Source of the DNA: Clostridia bacterium DTU065
Lineage (GTDB): Bacteria; Bacillota; DTU065
Length of the DNA stretch: 64,000 nt
Assembly (NCBI GenBank): GCA_001512545.1
Contig: LFSI01000083.1
Span: forward strand, 6,759-70,758
Direction: 5' to 3'
A program made the position numbers and the translations under genes. Position 1 is the stretch's first letter. The number at the start of each line of letters is the position of its first letter. The notes beneath the pieces were generated by a model. The model searched no databases and was not told the DNA's origin. It saw only the letters and a list, made by a program, of their open reading frames with translations. This document shows positions 16,592-25,720 of this stretch, piece by piece.

Positions 16592-16623
16592 AGCACAGCC
16601 AAAACAGGCTGTGCTATTTTTTT
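16592..16623 (+). terminator. rho-independent terminator
   Basis: agcacagcc-aaaaca-ggctgtgct hairpin plus T7. Confidence 0.85.
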
Positions 16624-16659
16624 GCATAAGTGGCAATACTACCCAAAGGAGGTGGAACT

Positions 16660-17112
16660 ATGCTGAGAGAACGAGAAAGCCCGCAGGCCAAGCGGTACGC
16701 ACGACTGGTTGAACAGGAAAAGCCCAGGGTCGATGTGGGGGGCAATGTCCTTAAGGCCTTTGTTGTTGGCGGTACCATCTGCCTGATCGGCGAAGTGATT
16801 AAGACCTATCTGATGAGTTTTGGCTTGTCCGGTGAGGTAGCCGGAGTCTGGACATCTATTGCTTTAGTCTTTTTGAGCGCTCTCCTTACAGGTCTCGGCA
16901 TCTACGACGAAATCGCCAGGTTTGGCGGCGCCGGAAGTGCCATTCCCATTACGGGCTTTTCCAACTCTGTTGTGGCCCCGGCTATGGAGTTTCGGAGCGA
17001 AGGAGCCATCCTGGGCCTTGCAGCGCGGATGTTTGTTATTGCAGGGCCGGTTATCGTCTACGGTTTGGTGTCTGCAACGGTTTTTGGGCTGATAAGGAGT
17101 GTTCTGTTTTGA
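16660..17112 (+). CDS. spoVAC: stage V sporulation protein AC
   Basis: Polytopic membrane protein. KAFVVGGTICLIGE...GAGSAIPITGFSN pattern. aggagg SD before ATG 16660. Confidence 0.85.
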   Translation: MLRERESPQAKRYARLVEQEKPRVDVGGNVLKAFVVGGTICLIGEVIKTYLMSFGLSGEVAGVWTSIALVFLSALLTGLGIYDEIARFGGAGSAIPITGFSNSVVAPAMEFRSEGAILGLAARMFVIAGPVIVYGLVSATVFGLIRSVLF

Positions 17113-18101
17113 ACAAGACCTTTACTTTGAAAAACGTCTATGTAGAAGAAACAGCAAGCGTGGTTGGTCCTACAGAAGGTGCAGGACCGCTGGGAGACCT
17201 CTACGATGTGGTGATTCCCGACGAGATCTACGGCGAAAGCTCCTGGGAGAAAGCGGAACGGAAGATGCTGATCGAAAGCATCGGCCTCTGCATGAACAAA
17301 GCCGGCTACGAGCCTGCGGACTTTGACATGATTCTAGCAGGCGACCTTTCGGGGCAGCTGATTAGTGCCAACTTCGCCGCTAGAGACCTTCCCATACCTT
17401 TTGCGGGGATCTACGGAGCCTGCTCGACCTTTACCCTCACTGTAGGGATGGGCGCTCTGCTAATTGAGGGGGGCTTTATGGACAGGGTGATCGCCGGAGC
17501 CAGCTCTCACCACGAAACTGCAGAAAAGACCTTTCGCTTTCCTACAGAGCTCGGAGTCCAGCGGAAAGCCACCGCTACCTGGACCATGTCGGGAGCTGCT
17601 GCGGTGATTTTGGGACGGTCGGGACCGGTGCGGGTTTCTGAAGTTACCTTTGGTAGGGTGGTAGACTACGGGATTAAAGATGCCAACAACCTGGGAGCAG
17701 CAATGGCGCCTGCGGCCTTTGACACTCTCGAGCGCCATCTGAAAAACCTGGGAAAAAGACCTGAGGACTACGACCTCATTGCTACAGGCGACTTGGGAAG
17801 CGTCGGCCAGATCATGCTGAAGCACCTCATGGGCGACAGTTCCATGGGATCGGGGAATCTTACCGACTGCGGGCTTCTGGTCTACGACACCAGGCAGGAT
17901 ACACACGCCGGTGCCAGCGGTTGCGGGGCCTCTGCATGCGTGTTTTCCAGCCACTTCTTCCCCCTGTTGAAAAAGGGTCACATTCGAAGACTCCTGCTTC
18001 TAGCTACAGGTGCGCTGTTCGGGCTCACTACTGCCCAGCAGAAGGAGAGCATTCCGTCGACTTCGCACGCGATCTGTTTTGAAAGGGTTGAGGAGAGTTG
18101 A
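17109..18101 (+). CDS. spoVAD: stage V sporulation protein AD (thiolase-like fold)
   Basis: 330 aa. VGPTEGAGPL, GIYGACST, thiolase-like layout. Overlaps the neighbouring genes by 4 nt on both sides. Confidence 0.9.
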   Translation: MNKTFTLKNVYVEETASVVGPTEGAGPLGDLYDVVIPDEIYGESSWEKAERKMLIESIGLCMNKAGYEPADFDMILAGDLSGQLISANFAARDLPIPFAGIYGACSTFTLTVGMGALLIEGGFMDRVIAGASSHHETAEKTFRFPTELGVQRKATATWTMSGAAAVILGRSGPVRVSEVTFGRVVDYGIKDANNLGAAMAPAAFDTLERHLKNLGKRPEDYDLIATGDLGSVGQIMLKHLMGDSSMGSGNLTDCGLLVYDTRQDTHAGASGCGASACVFSSHFFPLLKKGHIRRLLLLATGALFGLTTAQQKESIPSTSHAICFERVEES

Positions 18102-18448
18102 ATTACTTACTGGCTTTTTTGTTCGGCGGTTTGGTGTGCGCAGCAGGACAGGTGGTTCTAGACAAGAGCAAGCTCACCCAAGCGGACTTAATGGTTATTC
18201 TGGTGGTTGTTGGAAGCCTTCTTTCGGCACTTGGTCTCTACAAGCCGCTAGTGGACACTTTCGGCGCTGGTGCTAGCGTTCCAGTGTCCAATTTCGGCCA
18301 CGTGCTGACTCAAGGCGTCATGGAGGGCTACGCCAAAGACGGGTTTTTCGGCGTCTTTGCCGGTGGCGTGACAAAAGCAGCTGCAGTCCTCGGAGCGGCG
18401 ATACTTTTCGGGTTTACAGCAGGATTGCTTTTTCGACCAAAAGGGTAA
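18098..18448 (+). CDS. spoVAE: stage V sporulation protein AE (AEb-type)
   Basis: 116-aa membrane protein. FGAGASVPVSNFGH motif. Third gene of the spoVA C-D-E unit. Confidence 0.85.
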   Translation: MNYLLAFLFGGLVCAAGQVVLDKSKLTQADLMVILVVVGSLLSALGLYKPLVDTFGAGASVPVSNFGHVLTQGVMEGYAKDGFFGVFAGGVTKAAAVLGAAILFGFTAGLLFRPKG

Positions 18449-18521
18449 AAGGAAACAAGGAGGGAAAAACCTCCTTGTTTCCTTTTAAGCTCATTATACT
18501 CTCTAGGTAGATGTATTTGCA

Positions 18522-18857
18522 TTACCTTAAGGATGTAGGAACAAAAATATCCACCAGACCGATCAAAAAGGCTGCTATTAGCGCACCGAGGATGGTTACG
18601 GAAAAGCCTGCCACGATGTATTGCGTGGCGTACAGGACCACTGCAGAAACTAAAAACCCGACAATACCCCTGCCATAAGGTGAGATATTGCGACCTACAG
18701 CACTTTCAATGATGTACCCCAAAATGGTGATAACTACTGCCGCCAGAAGTGCTTGGCCGAAGTTTGCTACAGCGAATCCCGGAACAAAAGGACTGAGCAG
18801 TACTAAGACAATCGCAGATACCACAAGGCGGATAGCGTGTCTCAACCAATCGCCCAA
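18522..18857 (-). CDS. DUF360 / phage-holin-4-like small membrane protein
   Basis: Three to four TM helices (LRHAIRLVVSAIVLVLLSPFVPGFAV...). A TTG start at 18857 is preferred because aagggggg SD lies upstream; the ORF track extends to 18929. Confidence 0.55.
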   Translation of the reverse strand: MGDWLRHAIRLVVSAIVLVLLSPFVPGFAVANFGQALLAAVVITILGYIIESAVGRNISPYGRGIVGFLVSAVVLYATQYIVAGFSVTILGALIAAFLIGLVDIFVPTSLR

Positions 18858-19153
18858 AAACTCACCCCCCTTAAGCCTCAGTTTTATTGTTCGCACAGTG
18901 AGGCAGGAAAATACAGCAGGGTCAATCAAGCAGAAACCGGATGTGGGTCCTGACTTCTGCCCAATCTTTAGGTTTACCGTAAACCTGATAATTATTACAC
19001 CGGCGGAAAACTCCTAGTGTAAATTTAGAGTAATCGAGCTTGCAGGATTTAGAGGGGGCGAGTGAAAAAATAACTAAGAAAGTAATTCGATTTTATGTTA
19101 TCATTATATGTATTTAGATACTCCATACGCTTTAGTGAAAGTGGTGAAAAGAG

Positions 19154-20437
19154 TTGCTGCGAAATTACACTGTAAATGCAAAAGGACATTTGGAAATCGG
19201 GGGAGTGGACGCTGTAGAGCTGGCCGAGCAGTACGGCACGCCCCTATACGTCCTGAACGCAGACATGGTCGTTGAAAGAGCCAGGGCTTTTCAGAAAGCC
19301 ATGGCCAAATACTATCCCCAGGGCGAAGTGATCTACGCCAGCAAAGCGCTGTTTTCCGGTGCTGTAGCCAAACTCCTGAAGGAAACAGGCGTATCCATAG
19401 ATGTGGTAAGCGGCGGAGAGCTGTTTGTGGCTCTAAAGGCCGGATTTCCTCCGGAGAGGATCTTCTTCCACGGCAACAACAAGACTCCACAAGAGTTGGA
19501 GATGGCAGTTAAAAACGGTGTGGGAACCGTGGTGGTGGACAACTGGCACGAGCTTTCGGTTCTGAACGAAGTTGCAGGTGGATTGGGCAAGAAGCAGAAA
19601 ATCTACTTGAGAGTAGCTCCTGGCATTCACGCCAACACTCACGTCCACATCCAGACCGGACAGGAGGACTCCAAGTTCGGCTTCAGCAAAAAGGACATCG
19701 TGGAGGCCTCGAAAAAAGCGGTCCAAAGCGAGAGTCTCCGTCTTGCAGGTCTGCACTGCCACATCGGCAGCCAGATCACCAACTTGGACTCGTTCTACCA
19801 CACTGCAAAGATCATGAATGAGATCATCTCCGAGATCGAGAAGGAACTTGAACCCTACAGTTTCAAACTTGAGGAACTGGATTTAGGCGGAGGCCTGGCT
19901 ATTGCCTATCAGCCTGAAGACCCGGTGGTCAGCCCAGACGAAATGATCGCCGCAATTTACAGGGCTCTGCCCAACCCAGAACTGAAGCTCAAGGTGGAAC
20001 CGGGCAGGTATCTGGTAGGCGAGGCAGGAGTCACCCTGTACACCGTCGGCTCTAGTAAAGAGATCCCTGGAGTAAGGAAGTATGTTGCTGTGGATGGAGG
20101 CATGACCGACAACCCCAGGGTTGCCCTCTACGACGCTAAGTACCATGCGGTAGTGGCCAACAAGGCCAATGCACCGAAAGAGGAAAAGGTTTCCATCGCC
20201 GGCAAGTGCTGCGAGTCGGGGGACATGCTGATCTACGACATCGACCTGCCGAGGCTTGAAGCCGGAGACATTTTGGCGATTTTTTCCACCGGAGCGTACA
20301 ATTACTCCATGGCAAGCAACTACAATCTTTTGCCCAGACCTGCTATGGTGTTTATCTCCTCCGGCAAAGCAGAGCTAGTGGTGCGTCGGGAGACTTATGA
20401 AGATCTGCTTCTAAGGGATTTAGCCATTCGCGAATAA
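19154..20437 (+). CDS. lysA: diaminopimelate decarboxylase
   Basis: 427 aa. PLP-fold pattern YASKA, GGGLAI, EPGRYLVGEAG, CESGD. Confidence 0.95.
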   Translation: MLRNYTVNAKGHLEIGGVDAVELAEQYGTPLYVLNADMVVERARAFQKAMAKYYPQGEVIYASKALFSGAVAKLLKETGVSIDVVSGGELFVALKAGFPPERIFFHGNNKTPQELEMAVKNGVGTVVVDNWHELSVLNEVAGGLGKKQKIYLRVAPGIHANTHVHIQTGQEDSKFGFSKKDIVEASKKAVQSESLRLAGLHCHIGSQITNLDSFYHTAKIMNEIISEIEKELEPYSFKLEELDLGGGLAIAYQPEDPVVSPDEMIAAIYRALPNPELKLKVEPGRYLVGEAGVTLYTVGSSKEIPGVRKYVAVDGGMTDNPRVALYDAKYHAVVANKANAPKEEKVSIAGKCCESGDMLIYDIDLPRLEAGDILAIFSTGAYNYSMASNYNLLPRPAMVFISSGKAELVVRRETYEDLLLRDLAIRE

Positions 20438-20455
20438 GTCCATATCTGAGGTGAC

Positions 20456-21004
20456 ATGATGAGCGGAAGATCGGAGAGCATCTGGAACTTGTCGAAGAAG
20501 TGGTTTGTGGCTCATCGTTACAAAAAAGACCCCAAGTTTACCAGCAAAGAACTGGAGTTTATCGGCGACTATCTCGACGAAATGGAACAGGTTCTGTTTT
20601 TTCAGATGGCCCCTGTGGATCAGAGGCATGCCTTCGAAGTGGCAAGAGAGGTCGCAACTGATCCGCGCATTCAAACCGCTGACGAAAGAATTTTGCTTGT
20701 AAAGGCGGGTCTCCTCCACGACATCGGCAAGGTTAAAGGCGACTTCACCATCACCCAGAGGGTGTTGGTGAAGCTGATGAAAAAATTTCTGCCCGGAACC
20801 TACAGAAAGCTAGCTTCGCAATATCAAAAACCGGGTACTTTAACCCATGCGGTTTTCGTTCAAGCAGCTCATCCCAAGCGTGGGGCATACATGCTTCAGG
20901 CTTTCGGTGCTTCTGAGCTTGTGGTGGAGTTGGTAAAAAACCACCACGAAACACCTAAAAGCAGGTTTGCCAGGCTGCTCAGGGAAGCGGACAACTTACA
21001 CTAG
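20456..21004 (+). CDS. HD-domain phosphohydrolase
   Basis: H...LLHDIGK...HH pattern. 182 aa. Confidence 0.7.
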   Translation: MMSGRSESIWNLSKKWFVAHRYKKDPKFTSKELEFIGDYLDEMEQVLFFQMAPVDQRHAFEVAREVATDPRIQTADERILLVKAGLLHDIGKVKGDFTITQRVLVKLMKKFLPGTYRKLASQYQKPGTLTHAVFVQAAHPKRGAYMLQAFGASELVVELVKNHHETPKSRFARLLREADNLH

Positions 21005-21021
21005 CTTAGGAGGGCTTTACT

Positions 21022-21771
21022 ATGAGTATTGATGTGTCGGTCAAAGCCTTTGAAGGCCCTCTGGATCTTCTCTTGAGCCTCATCAAAGAAAAGCAGATCG
21101 ACATCTACGACATACCTATCGCAGAGATTACAGCAGCATACCTAGAAGAACTGAAGAACATGGAGAGCTCCAACTACGAGGTAGCAGCTGAGTTTGTGGT
21201 AATGGCCGCAACTCTCATGGAAATCAAAGCAAGGATGCTCCTTCCCAAAGCCAAGATCGAAGAAGAAGAGGAAGAAGAGGATCCCCGTACAGAACTGGTT
21301 AACAAGCTGCTCATCTACAAACAGTTCAAAGAAGCGGCCAATTTTCTTAAAGAAAGCTTTGAAGATCAGTCTCGGGTTTTTGCCAGAGACACCATCAACC
21401 GCCTCCTTCTAGAAGAGCTGAAGCCCGACCACGATCTCAGAAACTTGGGCGTTTCCATAAGCGATCTTCTCGGCGCTCTCAGAGTGGTACTCGAGGCCAA
21501 AAAAGAGGAAGAAGAGATCCTTCCGGTTCTTCCTAGGGAGAAGATCACTATCGACGAGCAGATCAACTGGCTCACTCTCTACATGAAGGAGAAAAGAGAT
21601 CTGCTCTTCAGCGATCTTTTTGGCGTTTTAAAAAGCAAAGTGCTCATTGTGGTAACGTTTATGGCGCTATTAGAGCTGGTTCACAAAGGCACTGTCAGCG
21701 TCAGACAATCAGAGGATTTGGAGATCTACGTCAGCTACATTGAAAACGGAGGCGAAAGCGAGGAGGTCTGA
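21022..21771 (+). CDS. scpA: segregation and condensation protein A
   Basis: FEGPLDLLLSLIKEKQIDIYDIPIAEIT is the hallmark N-terminus. 249 aa. Confidence 0.95.
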   Translation: MSIDVSVKAFEGPLDLLLSLIKEKQIDIYDIPIAEITAAYLEELKNMESSNYEVAAEFVVMAATLMEIKARMLLPKAKIEEEEEEEDPRTELVNKLLIYKQFKEAANFLKESFEDQSRVFARDTINRLLLEELKPDHDLRNLGVSISDLLGALRVVLEAKKEEEEILPVLPREKITIDEQINWLTLYMKEKRDLLFSDLFGVLKSKVLIVVTFMALLELVHKGTVSVRQSEDLEIYVSYIENGGESEEV

Positions 21772-21776
21772 GAGAC

Positions 21777-22334
21777 TTGTCCCCAAACGAAGCCAAGAAA
21801 ATTCTCGAAGCCATACTTTTCATGGCACCTGAACCTTTGTCCGCGGCAAAACTTGCAGAGCTAACCGGTCTAGCAGAAAACGAGGTCAGGAGCTTCCTTT
21901 TGGAGATCGAGCACGACCTTGTGGACCAGGATAGGGGCGTAAGAGTGGAGACCATCGCAGGCGGTTATCGGTTTATAGCCTGCAAGGAGGCAGAACCCTA
22001 CCTTCTTGAGCTCAGCCAAGGCCAAAAGCGCAGCCCTCTTTCGCCTGCGGCTCTCGAAGTTCTGGCCATCATCAGCTACCTGCAACCTATCACCAGAGCA
22101 GAGATCGATGAGATCCGCGGCGTTTCTTCTGAAAGCCCCATCGCTACGCTGTTAGACAGGGGTCTTATCGCCGAAGTGGGCAGGAAAGATGCCCCCGGAA
22201 GGCCGATTCTCTTTGCCACTACCAAAGCCTTCCTGGTGTATTTCGGCCTTAAAGACCTGAGTGAACTGCCAAGCCTCCCCGAACTCAAGATGCCTAACGG
22301 CGAGAATACAAAACCTCCCACCTTGGTAGAATAA
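21777..22334 (+). CDS. scpB: segregation and condensation protein B
   Basis: LEAILFMAPEPLS..., GGYRF, winged-helix repeats. Follows scpA. Confidence 0.95.
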   Translation: MSPNEAKKILEAILFMAPEPLSAAKLAELTGLAENEVRSFLLEIEHDLVDQDRGVRVETIAGGYRFIACKEAEPYLLELSQGQKRSPLSPAALEVLAIISYLQPITRAEIDEIRGVSSESPIATLLDRGLIAEVGRKDAPGRPILFATTKAFLVYFGLKDLSELPSLPELKMPNGENTKPPTLVE

Positions 22335-22347
22335 AGCAGGGTAGGAG

Positions 22348-22935
22348 GTGTTTTCTTTGTGGTGGATTTTCGGGATAGGAATGCTTTTTCTTGCTGTAAA
22401 GGTGGTTTTAAGCCTTCCTCTACACATGAAATTCACCATAAACACTGACCCCTTTGGCAGGAACTGGAACATGGAAACCAGGCTCCCTTTTCGCAGACTC
22501 AGGCAGAGCGGAGAAGAAGCCTCCGAGATCGCCGAGCACGTTTCCGGGCTCCACCGCCTGTTTTTTATCTACTTACGCAACCTCTACCATAACGCCGTGC
22601 GCGCTAAGCCCAAAAAAAGCAGGATCGGAAGCGAGGTTTGGGAAAGTGCCTTCTTTAAGAGCCTGCGCTTCAAAAAGATCGCTCTTTCCATGGGACTAAA
22701 AGAAGTACCTCCAGGCGAAGCGGTCTTTATCTTTGGCGTCGTCACCGCGGCGATCTACCCGTTCATGGGTGCCATTAGCGTTAATAATAAGGGATTTATG
22801 CCTGAAATTTCCTTTAAAACCGACCTCTCGGGATTTGCCTTTACCTGCATAATCACCTTTACCCTCGGTCAAGTTATACATGAAGCCGGAAAAAGATACT
22901 GGGCTTTGTGGAAGGAGAGTAGATATGCCGGATAA
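22348..22935 (+). CDS. YtfI-like sporulation membrane protein (DUF2953-like)
   Basis: N-terminal TM segment. Sits immediately upstream of, and overlapping, a ytfJ/gerW homologue, as in other spore formers. The family call is from context only. Confidence 0.4.
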   Translation: MFSLWWIFGIGMLFLAVKVVLSLPLHMKFTINTDPFGRNWNMETRLPFRRLRQSGEEASEIAEHVSGLHRLFFIYLRNLYHNAVRAKPKKSRIGSEVWESAFFKSLRFKKIALSMGLKEVPPGEAVFIFGVVTAAIYPFMGAISVNNKGFMPEISFKTDLSGFAFTCIITFTLGQVIHEAGKRYWALWKESRYAG

Positions 22936-23320
22936 GCATCCAGTGGAAGGTTTAATGGACACTGCCATGCAGAGCCTGAAAGAAATGATAGATGTAAATA
23001 CCATTCTCGGCGATCCAGTGGAGACTATAGACGGGAGTCTGATAATCCCGGTATCTAGAGTGTTTATGGGGTTTGCTGCCGGCGGAAGCGAGTTTGGCGA
23101 GCCCAATCCCGAGGCTAAATCTCCCTTTGGCGGAGGGAGCGGTGCGGGGATTTCCGTGAGACCTGTGGCCTTTCTCGTTGTGAGTCAGGGCAAAGTTAAG
23201 CTGCTGCCGGTAGGCACCGAAGCCTTTATCGACAGAGTGTTCGACCTGGTTCCCAATCTGGTGGACCGCATGACGAAAAACAGCGTTACCAGTACGGTGG
23301 ATAACAACACCATGTTCTAG
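22925..23320 (+). CDS. ytfJ: GerW/YtfJ-family sporulation protein
   Basis: IDVNTILGDPVETIDGSLIIPVSRV..GFAAGGSEF...FGGGSGAGISVRPVAFLVV pattern. ATG 22925. Confidence 0.85.
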   Translation: MPDKHPVEGLMDTAMQSLKEMIDVNTILGDPVETIDGSLIIPVSRVFMGFAAGGSEFGEPNPEAKSPFGGGSGAGISVRPVAFLVVSQGKVKLLPVGTEAFIDRVFDLVPNLVDRMTKNSVTSTVDNNTMF

Positions 23321-23326
23321 GCATTT

Positions 23327-23367
23327 AGACCTTAAGGGGCTCAGGAACTCTTTAAGGTCTTTTTTTT
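23327..23367 (+). terminator. rho-independent terminator
   Basis: agaccttaa ... ttaaggtct 9-bp stem plus T8. Confidence 0.7.
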
Positions 23368-23689
23368 GTGGGAGGAGTTGCAGAAAATGGAAATTCTGCA
23401 GGTAAATGTGGTATTATCTAGCTAACAACACAAAAGCAGCATAACTGCGGATCGCAGAGCTTTAAACCGGTTCTAAAGCTCCAGCACGACCGAGCTGTTA
23501 AAAAGAGTTTAGTACCTCGGTTTGCAGGGGCGTTTTGCCCGACGCATCTTTTAGGCACAAGCTGCAGGAAAAATTGGCAGGGAGAACCTGTGCCGGAAAA
23601 GAGTGCTGCACCGAAGCAGAGGTGTTGGACGACAGGTGAAAAAGCCCGAAAGACCAGGCTTTGTCAAATCTGCGTAGGAGGATTTTAGC

Positions 23690-24397
23690 TTGGAAAGACT
23701 ACAAAAGATCTTAGCCGAAGCTGGATACGGTTCAAGACGTAAGGTGGAAAAGCTCATCATCGAAGGTGTTGTGACCGTAAACGGGCAAGTAGCAGAGCTG
23801 GGCCAGAAAGCTAGTAGATTCGATGACATCAGAGTAAAAGGGGAAAAGATAATCCTACAGAGGAAGGTCTACTATCTGCTCAACAAGCCCGAGGGTTACC
23901 TCTGTACCCTTCACGACCCTTTTAACAGACCAAAAGTCACCGACTTAGTTCCCCAAGAGCCGCGGGTCTTTCCTGTAGGCAGGCTCGATGCGGACACCAC
24001 AGGGGCTCTACTTCTTACAAACGATGGTCAGCTGTCCAACCACCTGCTTCATCCCAGATACCACGTGGAAAAAACCTACTTGGTAAAGGTCAGTGGAAGG
24101 GTAAAGCCAGAAGATATCAGGAAGCTGGAAAAAGGTATCATGCTCGAAGATGGCATGACGTTGCCTGCCAAGGCCGAGGTGAAAAAGAGCACGCGAGATT
24201 GGACGTTGGTGTCTCTGACCATTACCGAAGGGCGGAAACGTCAGGTCAAGCGTATGATGAAGGCTTTGGGGTATCCGGTACTAGCCCTACACAGAGAGAG
24301 GTTTGGCCCTTTAGACGTGGACGATCTGAAGCTCGGTGAGTTCCGCAATCTTACGCAAAGCGAAATAAAATCACTAAGGGGAAGTGTCAGGCATTGA
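23690..24397 (+). CDS. rluB: pseudouridine synthase, RsuA/RluB family
   Basis: S4 domain (RLQKILAEAGYGSRRK), catalytic GRLDADTTG. 235 aa. Confidence 0.9.
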   Translation: MERLQKILAEAGYGSRRKVEKLIIEGVVTVNGQVAELGQKASRFDDIRVKGEKIILQRKVYYLLNKPEGYLCTLHDPFNRPKVTDLVPQEPRVFPVGRLDADTTGALLLTNDGQLSNHLLHPRYHVEKTYLVKVSGRVKPEDIRKLEKGIMLEDGMTLPAKAEVKKSTRDWTLVSLTITEGRKRQVKRMMKALGYPVLALHRERFGPLDVDDLKLGEFRNLTQSEIKSLRGSVRH

Positions 24398-25650
24398 TAG
24401 ACTGTTTGATTATCGGCGCAGGACCTGCCGGACTCATGGCAGCCAGTGCCCTCGCGCAAAACGGCATAAAGGGAGAGATTTGGGAAAAATCTCCAAAACC
24501 GGGTTTGAAACTACTTATCACCGGTAAAGGACGCTGCAACATAACCAACGCCCGCTACGCTTCCCTTGAGGATTTTCTTCAAAACTACAACGCAGGCGGT
24601 CGCTTCCTCTACAGCGCTCTCAACCGCTTTTCTCCTCAAGATACGATGGAGTTTTTTGCCAGCAGAGGGCTGGAAGTCGTGGTTGAGCAGGGGGGAAGGG
24701 TTTTCCCCAAAAGCGAAAAGGCCAGGGATGTTCTGGATGTCCTGCTCAAAGCAGCAGGGCCTGGCTTTCCCATCAGGACGCGACGGGCAGTAGAAAGCAT
24801 CAACGTTGTTCAGAAAGCAGGCGAGGATCGGGTTTTTCAGGTGAGATCCACTTCGGGCCACACCCAACTTGCCCGATGCGTGATCGTAGCTGTAGGCGGA
24901 GCATCTTACCCCAAAACCGGCTCCACAGGAGACGGCGTTAAGCTGCTTTCCCCTCTAGGACATACCTTTACCAAGCTCAGAGCGGGACTTGTCCCCTTGG
25001 AGTGCTCCGACGATTTCATCACTGAGATCCAGGGTCTTAGCCTCGTCAATGTGGAGGCAAGTTTGTACGTTAAAGGTAAGAAGGTCTTTAACGAGCTCGG
25101 GGAGATGGTTTTTACGCATTTCGGGGTTTCAGGACCGCTGATCCTTTCCATGAGCAACAACGATTTTGACTCAGCAGAAATATCCATCGACCTAAAACCC
25201 GCTCTCGATCACGAAAAGCTGGACAAGCGAGTTCAGCGGGATTTCGACCAGTACAAAAATCGGGACTTTAAAAACGCTCTCGATGATCTTCTTCCGCAGA
25301 AACTCATCCCGGTGATCGTCAGACTGTCCGGGATCGATCCAGACCGGAAGGTGCACTCCATCACCAGAAAGGAGCGGCAGGGTCTGGTAGCCCTGTTGAA
25401 GGATTTCAGGCTTCATGTCACCGGCAAAAGGCCTATCGACGAGGCAATCGTGACTTTGGGAGGTCTGAACCTGAAGGAAATCGACCCCAGAACCATGGAG
25501 TCCAAGTTGGTTTCGGGGCTGTACGTTTGCGGCGAGATGATCGATGTCAGCGCCGTCACCGGAGGCTATAACCTGCAGGCAGCATTCAGTACTGGATACC
25601 TTGCGGGGCATTCTTGTGCTTGTAAATTGCTGCAGGCAGTAGTACAATAA
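24394..25650 (+). CDS. HI0933/BaiN-like FAD-dependent flavoprotein (TIGR00275)
   Basis: IIGAGPAGLMAA dinucleotide fold, ITGKGRCNITN, C-terminal GGYNLQAAFSTG. Confidence 0.85.
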   Translation: MIDCLIIGAGPAGLMAASALAQNGIKGEIWEKSPKPGLKLLITGKGRCNITNARYASLEDFLQNYNAGGRFLYSALNRFSPQDTMEFFASRGLEVVVEQGGRVFPKSEKARDVLDVLLKAAGPGFPIRTRRAVESINVVQKAGEDRVFQVRSTSGHTQLARCVIVAVGGASYPKTGSTGDGVKLLSPLGHTFTKLRAGLVPLECSDDFITEIQGLSLVNVEASLYVKGKKVFNELGEMVFTHFGVSGPLILSMSNNDFDSAEISIDLKPALDHEKLDKRVQRDFDQYKNRDFKNALDDLLPQKLIPVIVRLSGIDPDRKVHSITRKERQGLVALLKDFRLHVTGKRPIDEAIVTLGGLNLKEIDPRTMESKLVSGLYVCGEMIDVSAVTGGYNLQAAFSTGYLAGHSCACKLLQAVVQ

Positions 25651-25666
25651 ATGGAAAACGTCGAAT

Positions 25667-25691
25667 ACTCCCCGACAACGGGAGTTTTTTC
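25667..25691 (+). terminator. rho-independent terminator
   Basis: actccc-loop-gggagt hairpin plus T6. Confidence 0.65.
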
Positions 25692-25720
25692 GTAAGAGAA
25701 CTGGCCTGGAGGTAAGAAAA

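Noticed and set aside
18930-19153. Looked for a lysine (L-box) riboswitch upstream of lysA. Also looked for T-box or other leaders upstream of the aro operon (25651-25720) and the hom-thrCB operon (41067-41315).
   Set aside because: I could not find the conserved cores (L-box helices, T-box AGGGUGGNACCGCG-type sequence). Upstream of hom there is only a simple 10-bp hairpin (41271-41293), and it has no T-run.
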